In this document: in pieces, positions 6,473 through 15,657 of the stretch
How the letters are laid out: the number at the start of each line of letters is the position of its first letter
Numbering within the stretch: position 1 is the first letter of the stretch
Origin: a virus
Lineage: Duplodnaviria > Caudoviricetes
Reading direction: 5' to 3' (one strand)
Virus record (IMG/VR): IMGVR_UViG_3300014208_000102
Location: 1-30,456 of that record
Length of the DNA stretch: 30,456 bases
Position numbers and translations under genes: made by a program
The notes under the pieces: model-generated
Told to the model about the DNA's origin: nothing
Seen by the model: only the letters and a program-made list of their open reading frames with translations
Databases searched by the model: none

Positions 6473-7704
6473 CCCCAAAAGATATAAACGAATATATGGC
6501 AGAAGGGATTGACGTTAAAAAACTTGTTGAAAAGGCGGAAAAAATAGCAAGGGGACGTTTGACAACGGAATTTGAAGAAGAAAACTTTATTACGGAATAT
6601 ATCCGAATTGCTGAAGAAGTAACGGACGCCCCTCATGAATTTCATTTTTTTCTGGCTTACGCTTTAGTCGGCGCTTATCTTAGGAAACGGTGTTGGGTTA
6701 GGTGGGGCGCCAACATAATTTATCCTAACTTCTATTTGGTTACCTTGGCGCCTTCTTCTTCTTTTAGAAAATCAACGGCTTTGGCAATAACCGACAAAAT
6801 ACTAAAAAAATCCGGGACTAAAATACTCCCGGCTGATTTTACCATTGAAGCCTTAATTGATACGCTTGGCCGCTATCCCCAGGCCGCTTTTATTCATTAT
6901 GAATTAAAAACGCTTTTAGCCATTCTTAACAAGGACTACAACAGCAACGCAAAGGCGTTTCTGACTGAAATTTACGACTCCCCGGAAACCTATATCAGAT
7001 CCACCAAGGGCGCAGGAGAAATTGAAATAACAAACCCGTGTATTTCTATTTTGGCTTGTACCACTTTGGAGTGGTTTGTTAGCGAAATCAAAGAAGGCGA
7101 CGTCGAAGGGGGTTTCCTGGCTAGGTTTATTTATGTCCCGGCGTTTGAAAAAGATAAGTCTATGCCAATCCCGGCGCCTTTGGAAGCAAAAGAAATTACA
7201 AAGTTGCTGTCATGGCTAAAAGACCTTAATTCGATAGAAGGGGAACTAATTCTTTCCAATGAAGCAAAAGACGTTTGGATCCAATGGTATAACGAACAAG
7301 ACGCGAAAATTAAAGAAACACACCCCAGCTTAGCCGCTTTTATGGTTAGATTGCAAACATATACCATAAAAATAGCAATGTTAAACTCTTTAATAATAGA
7401 AAAGTCTTTGACTATTTCGGCTCAATCAATGGTCAAAGCGATAGAGATTGTTGAATGGTTAATAGCTCAAATAGCCAAAATAATGACAAATGATATATCT
7501 ACGACAAAATTTGGCAAAGATTTGAAAAGGGTTCTAAAAGCCATTAAAAAGAATAAAGAAGGGGTCTCTTATAAAAATTTAATGAAAAACATGGAATTAT
7601 CGGCCAGGCAAACTGAAGAGATAGTTTCAACCCTTGCCCAGTCCGGGCAGGTTGAAGTTAAGGAGCTAGGAGAAAGAGGCGGCCGATGGGTCGTTTCTTT
7701 GTAA
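6469..7704 (+). CDS. DUF3987/YfjI-like replication ATPase (helicase-like) with C-terminal winged helix
   Basis: IYPNFYLVTLAPSSSFRKSTA Walker A-like motif, FLTEIYD, PCISILACTT, GGFLARF, HTH-like C-terminus. AAGGAG RBS. Confidence 0.8.
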   Translation: MTPKDINEYMAEGIDVKKLVEKAEKIARGRLTTEFEEENFITEYIRIAEEVTDAPHEFHFFLAYALVGAYLRKRCWVRWGANIIYPNFYLVTLAPSSSFRKSTALAITDKILKKSGTKILPADFTIEALIDTLGRYPQAAFIHYELKTLLAILNKDYNSNAKAFLTEIYDSPETYIRSTKGAGEIEITNPCISILACTTLEWFVSEIKEGDVEGGFLARFIYVPAFEKDKSMPIPAPLEAKEITKLLSWLKDLNSIEGELILSNEAKDVWIQWYNEQDAKIKETHPSLAAFMVRLQTYTIKIAMLNSLIIEKSLTISAQSMVKAIEIVEWLIAQIAKIMTNDISTTKFGKDLKRVLKAIKKNKEGVSYKNLMKNMELSARQTEEIVSTLAQSGQVEVKELGERGGRWVVSL

Positions 7705-7709
7705 TTCGT

Positions 7710-7961
7710 TAAGTTCGGGAATTGTAGAAAAAAACCCGAACTTAACAAAAACGGAGGGCTTAAGTTCGGGTAAGTTCGGGGTCATTTCCCGAACTTAGTT
7801 TTTCCCTGTCTTATAATATAATATGTATATATATACTATATAATATATATAAAATAAGAGATACACTTGTCCACTTATCCACAGGGCAAAGTGCCAACAA
7901 AAGGGCATAATTGTGGCAGTTTGGTAAAAAGAAAGAAGGAAGGGGGTATTTTTCCCGAACT
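7710..7961. other. Putative origin of replication: iterons, AT-rich unwinding tract and DnaA box
   Basis: TAAGTTCGGG at 7710, 7761 and 7771, inverted at 7735 and 7788, partial at 7954. Almost pure AT tract 7811-7857. TTATCCACA at 7875-7883. Confidence 0.8.
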
Positions 7962-8076
7962 CTTCTTTCAGAAGGTTTTTTATTAAAAAACAGGTTAAGC
8001 GCGGCAAACGTATCCAAATCAAACCAAAAGAGCCTTTACGAAAACTTGACGGAAACAAAAAAGAGGGGGAGTTTTA

Positions 8077-8325
8077 ATGTTAATAGTAGAAGCCAATCTT
8101 GATCAGATTATTAAGACCGTTTTATTGCTTAATGACAAAAAGATCGTTGTATATGGGAAAAGCCTTGAGCCGTTTTTCTATAGGCTAATAAAAACAGGCC
8201 TTTATTTCCCTTCTTTGATATTTTTACGGCCAAAAAAAGAAAGGCCGCCTTTGCCAGATGCTTATACAATAAGTATGATAGAAAACGTCTATTCTCCTAT
8301 TGGCCTTTTTATTGAGGTAGAGTAA
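8077..8325 (+). CDS. Hypothetical protein (82 aa)
   Basis: GGGGGAG RBS, co-oriented with the late genes. Confidence 0.6.
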   Translation: MLIVEANLDQIIKTVLLLNDKKIVVYGKSLEPFFYRLIKTGLYFPSLIFLRPKKERPPLPDAYTISMIENVYSPIGLFIEVE

Positions 8326-8328
8326 TTT

Positions 8329-8493
8329 ATGCAAGTGGCGAAACTCCGCGCCCTTTGGCTCGAACTCCCATTGATCGAAAGACTGCGGCTCTACGACCAA
8401 GGCACGCTCAAAGGGCTTGAAGGCCTTTCTATCAGCGACCTCTTCCCAGAAAAACGATTGATAGAGTTATGGCTCGCAGAAAATCATTCGTAA
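8329..8493 (+). CDS. Hypothetical protein (54 aa), absent from the ORF track
   Basis: MQVAKLRALWLELPLIERLRLYDQGTLKGLEGLSISDLFPEKRLIELWLAENHS. Starts 3 nt after the previous stop, with GAGG upstream. Confidence 0.55.
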   Translation: MQVAKLRALWLELPLIERLRLYDQGTLKGLEGLSISDLFPEKRLIELWLAENHS

Positions 8494-8581
8494 TTTCTCC
8501 CATGCTAAACCAGGTGACCCCTAAACACCTCTCCTAGCGCATGCCAGTGGGGTATTATTTTTGGCAAGGGGGATAAACTAC

Positions 8582-8611
8582 TTGACAGCCCCCTTCCCGA
8601 CACCGTAAGGT
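8582..8611 (+). promoter_or_regulatory. Candidate late promoter directly in front of terS
   Basis: TTGACA (8582-8587), 18 bp, TAAGGT (8606-8611). ATG at 8617 with no Shine-Dalgarno. Confidence 0.5.
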
Positions 8612-8616
8612 AGCAC

Positions 8617-9054
8617 ATGGCGAAGAAAGAACCACAAGATATTACGCTGTCAAAAAAGCAACGGATATTTTTTGAGCGCATTGCTCTCGGCGATACTCTT
8701 GTCCAGGCGGCTAAAACTGCAGGCTATAAATCACCTCGTGCCTCTGCTTCAGAAACTGTGCAAAACCATACCGCCGCTTTTAGGGAAGCGTTTGTTTCAG
8801 CTGGCTACACAATCCCCGATATCGTCGAGGACATAATTGCTGGGACAAAGGCTATGCGGACAATCTCTGCGGTAAATACCGACAAGGAAGCCAACGGGAC
8901 GACGTGTGATTTTATTGAAGTTGCCGACTGGAACGCTCGCCATAAATTTATCGATAGTGCCATAAAGTTACAAGGATTTTACCCCAACGAAAAACTAGAA
9001 TTGGCCGGGAAGAATGGCGGAGCGTTTGAAATTACGGTGAAGTATGACAAATAA
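8617..9054 (+). CDS. terS: Terminase small subunit
   Basis: LSKKQRIF...QAAKTAGYKS HTH, DWNARHK, C-terminal KLELAGKNGG. Lies immediately upstream of TerL. Confidence 0.85.
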   Translation: MAKKEPQDITLSKKQRIFFERIALGDTLVQAAKTAGYKSPRASASETVQNHTAAFREAFVSAGYTIPDIVEDIIAGTKAMRTISAVNTDKEANGTTCDFIEVADWNARHKFIDSAIKLQGFYPNEKLELAGKNGGAFEITVKYDK

Positions 9055-10339
9055 AAAGACGGTAACATTGCCGAAAAGAATTAAACCATTAATAGCCGAT
9101 GATAGCCGTGATATTTCAGTCGTGGCACATCGTCGCTGGGCCAAGACTTACGCCGGGATCAATCGCTGTCTATTCGGTCGCACTCATCGTGCTGGAGCAT
9201 TAACTCACCCCAAAACAAAGTACAAGATCATCTACCCCACCAGAGAACAGGCCAGGACAATGGTTTGGCCAAGCCTCAAAGAAATCTGCGAAGGCATTGG
9301 CGGTAAATGCAATGATACCGACATGCGGGTCGAGTTCTCTAACGGCTCGGTAATTCGAGTGCGTGGCGGCAATTACCCCGACTCACTCCGAGGATCGGGC
9401 GATGACGGCGCGGTCCTGGACGAATGGGCATACTTCAATGACCCCTCAATCTACACGTCAATCATTCTTCCGTCGCTTGCTGATCGCAAAGGTTGGTCGT
9501 TCAAGTCCACCACTTACCAGGGGAAGAACCACGCTTACGTTGACCATCAGACAGCTGAAAAGTCTTACACCTTTCCAGCGTCTACCAGCGGCGTCATTCC
9601 AGCCGATGAACTCGCTCGCCTTAAAGCCAAGATGACCCCGGAAGAATACTCACAAGAGTTTGAATGTCAGCCGCTCTCTTACAAAGGCCAAATATACACC
9701 GAGTTTGACCGCTCCCGCAACTTTATTGAGCGCGGCCAAGAGCCTCGACTGTTGCCGTCCTGGTCGTATATCATCGGCCTTGACTGGGGATTGTCCCATA
9801 ACACGGCCATTATGTTCTGCGCCGTTGATTATGACGGCAATTTCTACGTCTACGACGAATACGTTAGCAACGATAAGCCAGCAAACCATTACACCAACTT
9901 GATAAAAGACAAAATGAAGGGGCAGTCCTACGACCTCTATCTCCCACCTGATACCCTGGCTAAAGACCAATTCAGAAATGGCGTTCGCTATTCCGTGTTC
10001 GATCAGTTTTCGGAAGAAGGGCTTCAACCTATCATCGCCAGCAACCAGGTAGCCGGTGGAATTTCTCTTATCAAGCAGATGTTAATCACCGGCAAACTGA
10101 AAATTTTTGCCCGGTGTGAACAGTTGATCGCTGGCATTGAACGCTACCGCTGGGCGGCTGGCGACAAGGAAAAGCCAGTTATGATCAAAGATGACGAGGT
10201 TTGCGCCTTGCGCTATGCCGTCGCTACTTGGTTCTCTGCCGCTAAAGAGCCAGTCAAAGCTCCGGCAGAATTTACTATTTCCTGGTACGACGAGATGGAA
10301 AAAAGACAACGGCGAAAACAGGGGGCTTTAATTGGATAA
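9044..10339 (+). CDS. terL: Terminase large subunit
   Basis: HRRWAKT Walker A, PTREQAR, DSLRG, AVLDEWA Walker B, YSQEFEC, GLDWG nuclease motif, ALRYA. Confidence 0.95.
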   Translation: MTNKKTVTLPKRIKPLIADDSRDISVVAHRRWAKTYAGINRCLFGRTHRAGALTHPKTKYKIIYPTREQARTMVWPSLKEICEGIGGKCNDTDMRVEFSNGSVIRVRGGNYPDSLRGSGDDGAVLDEWAYFNDPSIYTSIILPSLADRKGWSFKSTTYQGKNHAYVDHQTAEKSYTFPASTSGVIPADELARLKAKMTPEEYSQEFECQPLSYKGQIYTEFDRSRNFIERGQEPRLLPSWSYIIGLDWGLSHNTAIMFCAVDYDGNFYVYDEYVSNDKPANHYTNLIKDKMKGQSYDLYLPPDTLAKDQFRNGVRYSVFDQFSEEGLQPIIASNQVAGGISLIKQMLITGKLKIFARCEQLIAGIERYRWAAGDKEKPVMIKDDEVCALRYAVATWFSAAKEPVKAPAEFTISWYDEMEKRQRRKQGALIG

Positions 10340-12296
10340 CGAATTTTCCCAAGTAAAAAAGGACGTTCAGAACGCTGAAAAGTATTTCCAGAAGCCGCTA
10401 AAGTACGCAGTCGAAAGCCTCTATGACGAGATGGAAACATACCGCCGGTGGGTGGCGGGTAGGTTCACAAAAAAAGATATTGGTATAACCTTTACCAACC
10501 ACCTGCCGGTGAATGAGTTCTGGGTCAACAAGTCCGTTGTCCTTCCCACGCTATATTTCAAGCGGCCAGAATTGGCCGTCAATCCAGCCAATGAGCGGTA
10601 TGAAACTGAATACCTTGACCCGCAAACAAACCAACCGACCAAAAAAGAACAAGACCCCGCTGAAACTTCGAAGTTAGTCGAAGGCGTATTGAATTACTAC
10701 AGCTCCCCCAAAGCTCTTGACGATGAGAAGATGTTCTCCAAGATTATCGACGACGCCTATGTATGCGGGTTTGGCGTTCATTTCTCCGGCTGGGCTTACG
10801 AACGTGGCGAAACCGACATGAGCATTCAATGGGAGAAAGCCGTTCCCTTTGACCAAAAAGCCAATCAATTAGCGACTGAAAGAGTTCTGGCGTTGAAGCA
10901 AGCCAACGGCGAAGCCATTCCCGGAGAACAGTTGCAGTCCAAGGACACGACCAAGGTTGACGCCTTAATCTCTCAATACGTCAGTCCGTTTAACTTTGGT
11001 GTTGACCCAGAATGCACCGATCCAACGCTTAAAGACGCTCGCTTTGTTTATATCAATTACCGACTGCCGACTGAATACGTCAATCGCATTTTCGGTACTA
11101 GCTTTAACGGCGCAAACCTTCCGCTTGGCTACAGCAAGGTGGACCAAGACCCCAATAATCAGGATTTATCGTTCAAACGGAATGACATCAAGGCGGTTTG
11201 GAATAGGAATCTAGGCAAGGTGTTCTGGGTTGCTGATGAGAAGAGTGATGGTCCGATCAAGGTTGTTAACTGGCCGTGGGCAATGGAAGGCTTCCCTACC
11301 ACGATCTTGATGTTCAACCAGCAGAACGACACCTTCCAGCCTATCCCCGACTTTAGACAGATCAAGCATTTAGTCCTGGAAAAAATGCGGTGTCATAGCA
11401 AACTAGCGGAGCTATTACAGCGCATGTCTAGCGTTTATCTTTGCGACCAGGCTATCGAGAAGCTCTTGGGCGATATTTTAACAGGCGGAGAGGCGAGAGT
11501 TATCCCCGTTGACCGAAAGAATAACACGCTAAACCTTAGCGAAGTGATAAAACAAGTCGTTGATTTTACGGTATCTGCCGACATTCTGAACTACATTTAC
11601 CTTCTCAATGCGGCTATAGAGCGGACTTCCGGCATTCCTGACTACATGCGGGGATTGTCGATGGAAGCAAAGAAGTCGGCAACCGAGATCGTTCAGATGG
11701 GTAACCAGCAAAACCTACGCATTGACGAGAAAAAGACTAAGATCAGCAATTTCATAATCGACGTTAACCGTAAGCGGTTGCAGTTGCTACAGGAAAACGC
11801 CGTCCAGCCGCAGATAGTTAAGATCACCCATAACAACAAGGCGATCTGGAAAACCTGGTCAAGGGCTGATATTCAAGGCGACTTTGACTTTGACCTTGAC
11901 GTGTCTACAATGCTGGCGAAAAATAAAGAAGTCCAGCGCAAACAGGCTATGGACAAATACGACAAACTGCGGAATGACCCCATGTCGAACCCTAAGCCGT
12001 TACTTAAAGACGTTTATGACGCCTTTGGCGATAACAATATCCAAGAGCGCATTGTTGACCTTCCCCCGCCACCGCCGCCCAAGCCGGAAATTAAACTATC
12101 GGTGTCGATGAAGATCGAGCCGCAAAACCTAGCCGACCCGCAGATCATGGCACTAATCCAACAGGCGGGGATCAATCTTCCGCAAGCGCAACCAGTCCAA
12201 ACCCCAGAGGCACAAGGGCAGGAGAGCCTTGGCCTTAGACCTCAACAGCCGTTAAACATAGCGGCCAATGAAATGGTGGCGGCCAATGGCATATAG
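10332..12296 (+). CDS. Portal protein (P22-like size)
   Basis: 654 aa directly after TerL. VSPFNFGVDP, IERTSGIPDYMRG, KKSATEI, IQGDFDFDLDV, Q/P-rich tail. Confidence 0.88.
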   Translation: MDNEFSQVKKDVQNAEKYFQKPLKYAVESLYDEMETYRRWVAGRFTKKDIGITFTNHLPVNEFWVNKSVVLPTLYFKRPELAVNPANERYETEYLDPQTNQPTKKEQDPAETSKLVEGVLNYYSSPKALDDEKMFSKIIDDAYVCGFGVHFSGWAYERGETDMSIQWEKAVPFDQKANQLATERVLALKQANGEAIPGEQLQSKDTTKVDALISQYVSPFNFGVDPECTDPTLKDARFVYINYRLPTEYVNRIFGTSFNGANLPLGYSKVDQDPNNQDLSFKRNDIKAVWNRNLGKVFWVADEKSDGPIKVVNWPWAMEGFPTTILMFNQQNDTFQPIPDFRQIKHLVLEKMRCHSKLAELLQRMSSVYLCDQAIEKLLGDILTGGEARVIPVDRKNNTLNLSEVIKQVVDFTVSADILNYIYLLNAAIERTSGIPDYMRGLSMEAKKSATEIVQMGNQQNLRIDEKKTKISNFIIDVNRKRLQLLQENAVQPQIVKITHNNKAIWKTWSRADIQGDFDFDLDVSTMLAKNKEVQRKQAMDKYDKLRNDPMSNPKPLLKDVYDAFGDNNIQERIVDLPPPPPPKPEIKLSVSMKIEPQNLADPQIMALIQQAGINLPQAQPVQTPEAQGQESLGLRPQQPLNIAANEMVAANGI

Positions 12297-12705
12297 AGAA
12301 ACAATGCTAACCCCGATTGAGCATTCGTTCTTTGTGGCCTACCGTGCCATTACAGAGCCGTTTAGGGCTTTAAGCTCATTCCTCTCTGGTTTTGGACATA
12401 ACGCCTTAACAGCGATGAAGGAAGCGGCAAGGAAGCAATTCTACAGCTGGTTTGAGTATGCCTTAGTAGATGGCGAGATCGTTCTAAGGCGAGCGACTGG
12501 CAAGACAGGTGTTTATAAGTCTATTCAGGGGCGGAGCGTTAAGATAGGCGAAGCCTTGAGAAAACCAACGATGGATCATCTCTGGGAGAATGCCAATGAA
12601 GTGGTGGCACTTAAAGACGCCGCCAAGCAAGAGGCCAATAAGCGTAGGATTGATAACAACTTAATGGCCGAAATGGACCATAAAATCATCAGCGTGGGGG
12701 GATAG
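12286..12705 (+). CDS. Hypothetical protein of the head module
   Basis: Track ORF 12268..12705. The in-frame ATG at 12286 overlapping the portal end is the likelier start. Confidence 0.65.
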   Translation: MAYRETMLTPIEHSFFVAYRAITEPFRALSSFLSGFGHNALTAMKEAARKQFYSWFEYALVDGEIVLRRATGKTGVYKSIQGRSVKIGEALRKPTMDHLWENANEVVALKDAAKQEANKRRIDNNLMAEMDHKIISVGG

Positions 12706-12736
12706 GTCCCTGGATAGAACAAAAAGGGGGGAAATA

Positions 12737-13000
12737 ATGCTACCAAAACAAGCGGAGAATTTGCCAGCCGAACAGCCATCTGGCTCATGCCTGGTTAAGT
12801 GCGGCATGAAAGATTGTGAATACAACCAGAAAGGCGTTTGCACTGAAGAAGAAATCAATATTGCTGATGGGGCAACTTGTGATACTTATTCAGGCAAAGC
12901 CGGGCCAATGGAGCAAGCGTTAAGCGAAGGCGAAAGCTTTCATGGTGATATTGGCAACAAGATGAACGAGATAGGAAGAAAAATCAGGAAAGGGCAATAG
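12737..13000 (+). CDS. DUF1540-like Cys-rich small protein
   Basis: VKCGMKDCEYNQKGVCTEEEINIADGATCDTY fits the C-x4-C-x-YN-x4-C...I...C-x-T-[FY] pattern. GGGGG RBS. Confidence 0.65.
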   Translation: MLPKQAENLPAEQPSGSCLVKCGMKDCEYNQKGVCTEEEINIADGATCDTYSGKAGPMEQALSEGESFHGDIGNKMNEIGRKIRKGQ

Positions 13001-13040
13001 CCACACCTGATAAGCCCTAAGGGCAATAGCCACCGGGCAA
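12990..13040 (+). repeat. 15-bp direct repeat AAGGGCAATAGCCAC upstream of the scaffold gene
   Basis: Exact copies at 12990-13004 and 13019-13033, partial GGGCAA at 13035-13040, then the AAGGAG RBS. Confidence 0.85.
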
Positions 13041-13053
13041 AAAGGAGTACGAA

Positions 13054-13965
13054 ATGGACGAGAAAGCACAAGCAGACGTGAATGCAATGGTTCAAGCGGT
13101 ATCAGGCGAAGTCACAACAGTCCAGGCAGAGGAACAGCCGAAAGCGGAAGCCGAAGTATCCGGGAATCCCGGCGAAACGTCAGCCGCTCTAAGCCAAGAC
13201 CTAAAGCCAGAGGAAACGGTAGACCCATTTGTCGAACAGGCAATGGCAGGGTTATCAAAGAAGTTGGGAAAAGAATTGACCAAAGATGAAGCTGTTCCCG
13301 AAATGGCTAAGTCGTTTGTCAACGCCGAGAACAAAATACAGTCTTTGTCGGAGCAGGTAAAAGGGTTGGTTGAGTATCGCACTTGGACTGAACAGGTAAT
13401 GGCTAATCCTAATTGGGAAAAGGCCCTGGCGGTTCTAACGGGCGAGAAGGTTGACGATATTGCGCCCGTTATTGACGAATTTGCTGATCCAGACCAATTG
13501 TCCCCGGCTCTTGCTAAGAAGTTTGCGGACTTGGAGTCAAGGTTGAAAAGTTACGAGGAAAAAGACCTTAATTCCCAAAAGACGGCCCAAGAGCAAGAAG
13601 TTAGCAAAGCACGAGAGGAAATTATTAAATGGGCTGGAGAGAAAGGGAACGAAGATTTTAGAAGTCTTTGTGACGATTACCAAAGCCAACTAAAGCTTAA
13701 CCCCTATGCTCCACAGCCGCAAGTTCTAAAGCAATGGGCTGCGCTTGTAGACGCCGGCTTATCGAAAGAGATGGCTTGGAATGCCTTACACCCCGATAAG
13801 TTTGCGGAACGAGTTAAAGCCAATATCGCCAAAGAGCAGAATAAAAAGCCTAACTTACCGCTCCCCAACAAGGCGGCCGCAGGGAACGAAGCGAATTTAG
13901 CTGATGAAACGGATATCAACCAGATCGTGAAAGGGATCGTTCAAAATTTAACTAAAAGGAGTTAA
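13054..13965 (+). CDS. Capsid scaffolding protein (putative)
   Basis: Acidic, disordered N-terminus and coiled-coil character (MAKSFVNAENKIQSLSEQV). Lies directly before the capsid gene. Confidence 0.75.
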   Translation: MDEKAQADVNAMVQAVSGEVTTVQAEEQPKAEAEVSGNPGETSAALSQDLKPEETVDPFVEQAMAGLSKKLGKELTKDEAVPEMAKSFVNAENKIQSLSEQVKGLVEYRTWTEQVMANPNWEKALAVLTGEKVDDIAPVIDEFADPDQLSPALAKKFADLESRLKSYEEKDLNSQKTAQEQEVSKAREEIIKWAGEKGNEDFRSLCDDYQSQLKLNPYAPQPQVLKQWAALVDAGLSKEMAWNALHPDKFAERVKANIAKEQNKKPNLPLPNKAAAGNEANLADETDINQIVKGIVQNLTKRS

Positions 13966-13968
13966 TTT

Positions 13969-14976
13969 ATGGCTAACTATAACAGCTCGGTACTTGAAGA
14001 AGTATCGAGGCCCGGTATATTCGATAAGGCAATCCAACATGCTCTTATCGGTTCCGGTGTTTTCTACAATTTGATTGCTGGGAAATACGAAGGCGATACC
14101 AAGTCTAAGGTCGTTCCGGCTTTGGTAGAGTCAGCAGATGTTGGTAATGGGTATTTTGAGAATTTTGTCCTTCTGAAAGAGAATGACAATATTACCTGGA
14201 GGGACGCCACGGAAGCGTTGGGCAATACTGCCATCGACTTGGGGGACAGGCCACGGGTTGCGATCCAGAACTTGGTCGGTACTATCCCGCTGTTTCAGCG
14301 GGATCTTGACCTGAATACCCAGAACCCGGATAAAATTCAGGACTTGCTCTCTACCGCCATTATCCAGGCTAAAGACACCGTTACCAACAAGATGAATGTT
14401 GCCATGTTTGCGCTTGGTACGGAATTTGCGGCTAAGACCCTTTGGGGCTTGCGGTACTGGATCCCAGATAGTGCGACGACCGGATCGGTCGCTGGCATTT
14501 CCCAGGTTACCGAAGCGAACTGGCGGACGTATTCTAGGAACGCTGGCACAGATAGTTTTGCGACTAACGCCGAAGCGTACTTCGAAACGATGTTCATGGA
14601 AACCAATTTCAACGGCAATATGGCCGACTTGGTTATCATGGATAACACCAGCTTCGGGCGGTTCAAGGCTATTGTTAAAGCTCGTGAGCTTTATAATCCG
14701 CTTGATGATAAAGGGACTAGGCTTGCTGGGTTTGAAGGCATTCGTTATTCTGGCCGGTATATCATTCCTGACGCTAATTGCCCCGCTGGTTCGGCCTTTG
14801 CGGTTAACACCTCGAAGATCAAACTTGCTACCGTTAAGGGTTGCAATATGAGAATCGGGGAATTTATCGAGCCGGTTGGCGAACAGTTCAAATCGGCGAA
14901 GTTTACCTGGAGAGGTAATATCGTGTTCTTAACCCGTAAGTCGAACGGGAAGATTTACGGATTTACGACTGCTTAA
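13969..14976 (+). CDS. Major capsid protein (HK97 fold, putative)
   Basis: 335 aa after the scaffold. GLRYWI, VAGISQVTEANWRT, DLVIMD, AGFEGIRYSG, IIPDANCP, RKSNGKI are typical of this capsid group. AGGAG RBS. Confidence 0.88.
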   Translation: MANYNSSVLEEVSRPGIFDKAIQHALIGSGVFYNLIAGKYEGDTKSKVVPALVESADVGNGYFENFVLLKENDNITWRDATEALGNTAIDLGDRPRVAIQNLVGTIPLFQRDLDLNTQNPDKIQDLLSTAIIQAKDTVTNKMNVAMFALGTEFAAKTLWGLRYWIPDSATTGSVAGISQVTEANWRTYSRNAGTDSFATNAEAYFETMFMETNFNGNMADLVIMDNTSFGRFKAIVKARELYNPLDDKGTRLAGFEGIRYSGRYIIPDANCPAGSAFAVNTSKIKLATVKGCNMRIGEFIEPVGEQFKSAKFTWRGNIVFLTRKSNGKIYGFTTA

Positions 14977-14995
14977 TCAAAGGAGGTAAAAACCA

Positions 14996-15598
14996 ATGAA
15001 AAAATATTTTTTAGCTTTGCTTCTTTCTGCAATGATTGCAAGCGTTGCCGTTGCTTATCCGGTGGCGTCTTCGGAGTCAGAAAAACCCGCCGCTGGTGTT
15101 TTTAAGCAACTGTTAAGTTCTACCCAGGTCTTAGGGGCTAAGAGCCAGATCGGGGGAGCAACTTTCAAGTATGTTCTCAACAATAACGAAACCCAGAAGG
15201 CGTTTCGTGGTGAGCCAGCTTTCTATGACATTACTGAAGCGACTGACTATCATGTTAATCGCTATGGAACATCTGGCTCATTTGAGGCATATGCCGGTCA
15301 ATGGTATTGCGACATCAATGGTGATGGGTCCGTTGATCCCGGAGCAATGGGTTGGATTCAGATTGCCGGGGTAACCGTTGCCTTGGTTAGCTGGGAAACC
15401 GTTAGCATTGGCGACATTCTTATGGGTACGGTTTATAACGTAACTACGAATGAAGCTGGTGGTCGACATCTGCGCCGGAAAGGCGCGGCTGTTGATGGGA
15501 CTGCTAGCTGGGAAGTTACGACCCGGTGGCCGAAAGCCATGGAAGCTCGTGACTTTACGACCAAGCCTGTTTGGATGAAGATTTTTATTAAGGACTAG
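14996..15598 (+). CDS. Capsid decoration/cement-like protein with N-terminal Sec-type signal peptide
   Basis: Sits directly after the MCP. LG...FKYV...G...GWIQIAG...IGDIL pattern. N-terminus MKKYFLALLLSAMIASVAVA-YP. AAGGAGGT RBS. Confidence 0.65.
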   Translation: MKKYFLALLLSAMIASVAVAYPVASSESEKPAAGVFKQLLSSTQVLGAKSQIGGATFKYVLNNNETQKAFRGEPAFYDITEATDYHVNRYGTSGSFEAYAGQWYCDINGDGSVDPGAMGWIQIAGVTVALVSWETVSIGDILMGTVYNVTTNEAGGRHLRRKGAAVDGTASWEVTTRWPKAMEARDFTTKPVWMKIFIKD

Positions 15599-15607
15599 TT
15601 TGATAAC

Positions 15608-15633
15608 GGCGGGGAGGGGAAACTCTCCCCGCC
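15608..15633 (+). terminator. GC-rich hairpin after the capsid/decoration genes (terminator or mRNA-stabilising stem)
   Basis: GGCGGGGAGGG-GAAA-CTCTCCCCGCC, 11-bp stem with GNRA loop. No U-tract follows, so intrinsic termination is uncertain. Confidence 0.55.
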
Positions 15634-15657
15634 AAACAAAAATAAAGGAAAAATAAA

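Noticed and set aside
7795-8102. ORFs 7795..8058, 7811..8017 and 7911..8102
   Set aside because: They overlap the iteron/AT-rich origin, give low-complexity Y/I translations and have no convincing RBS.
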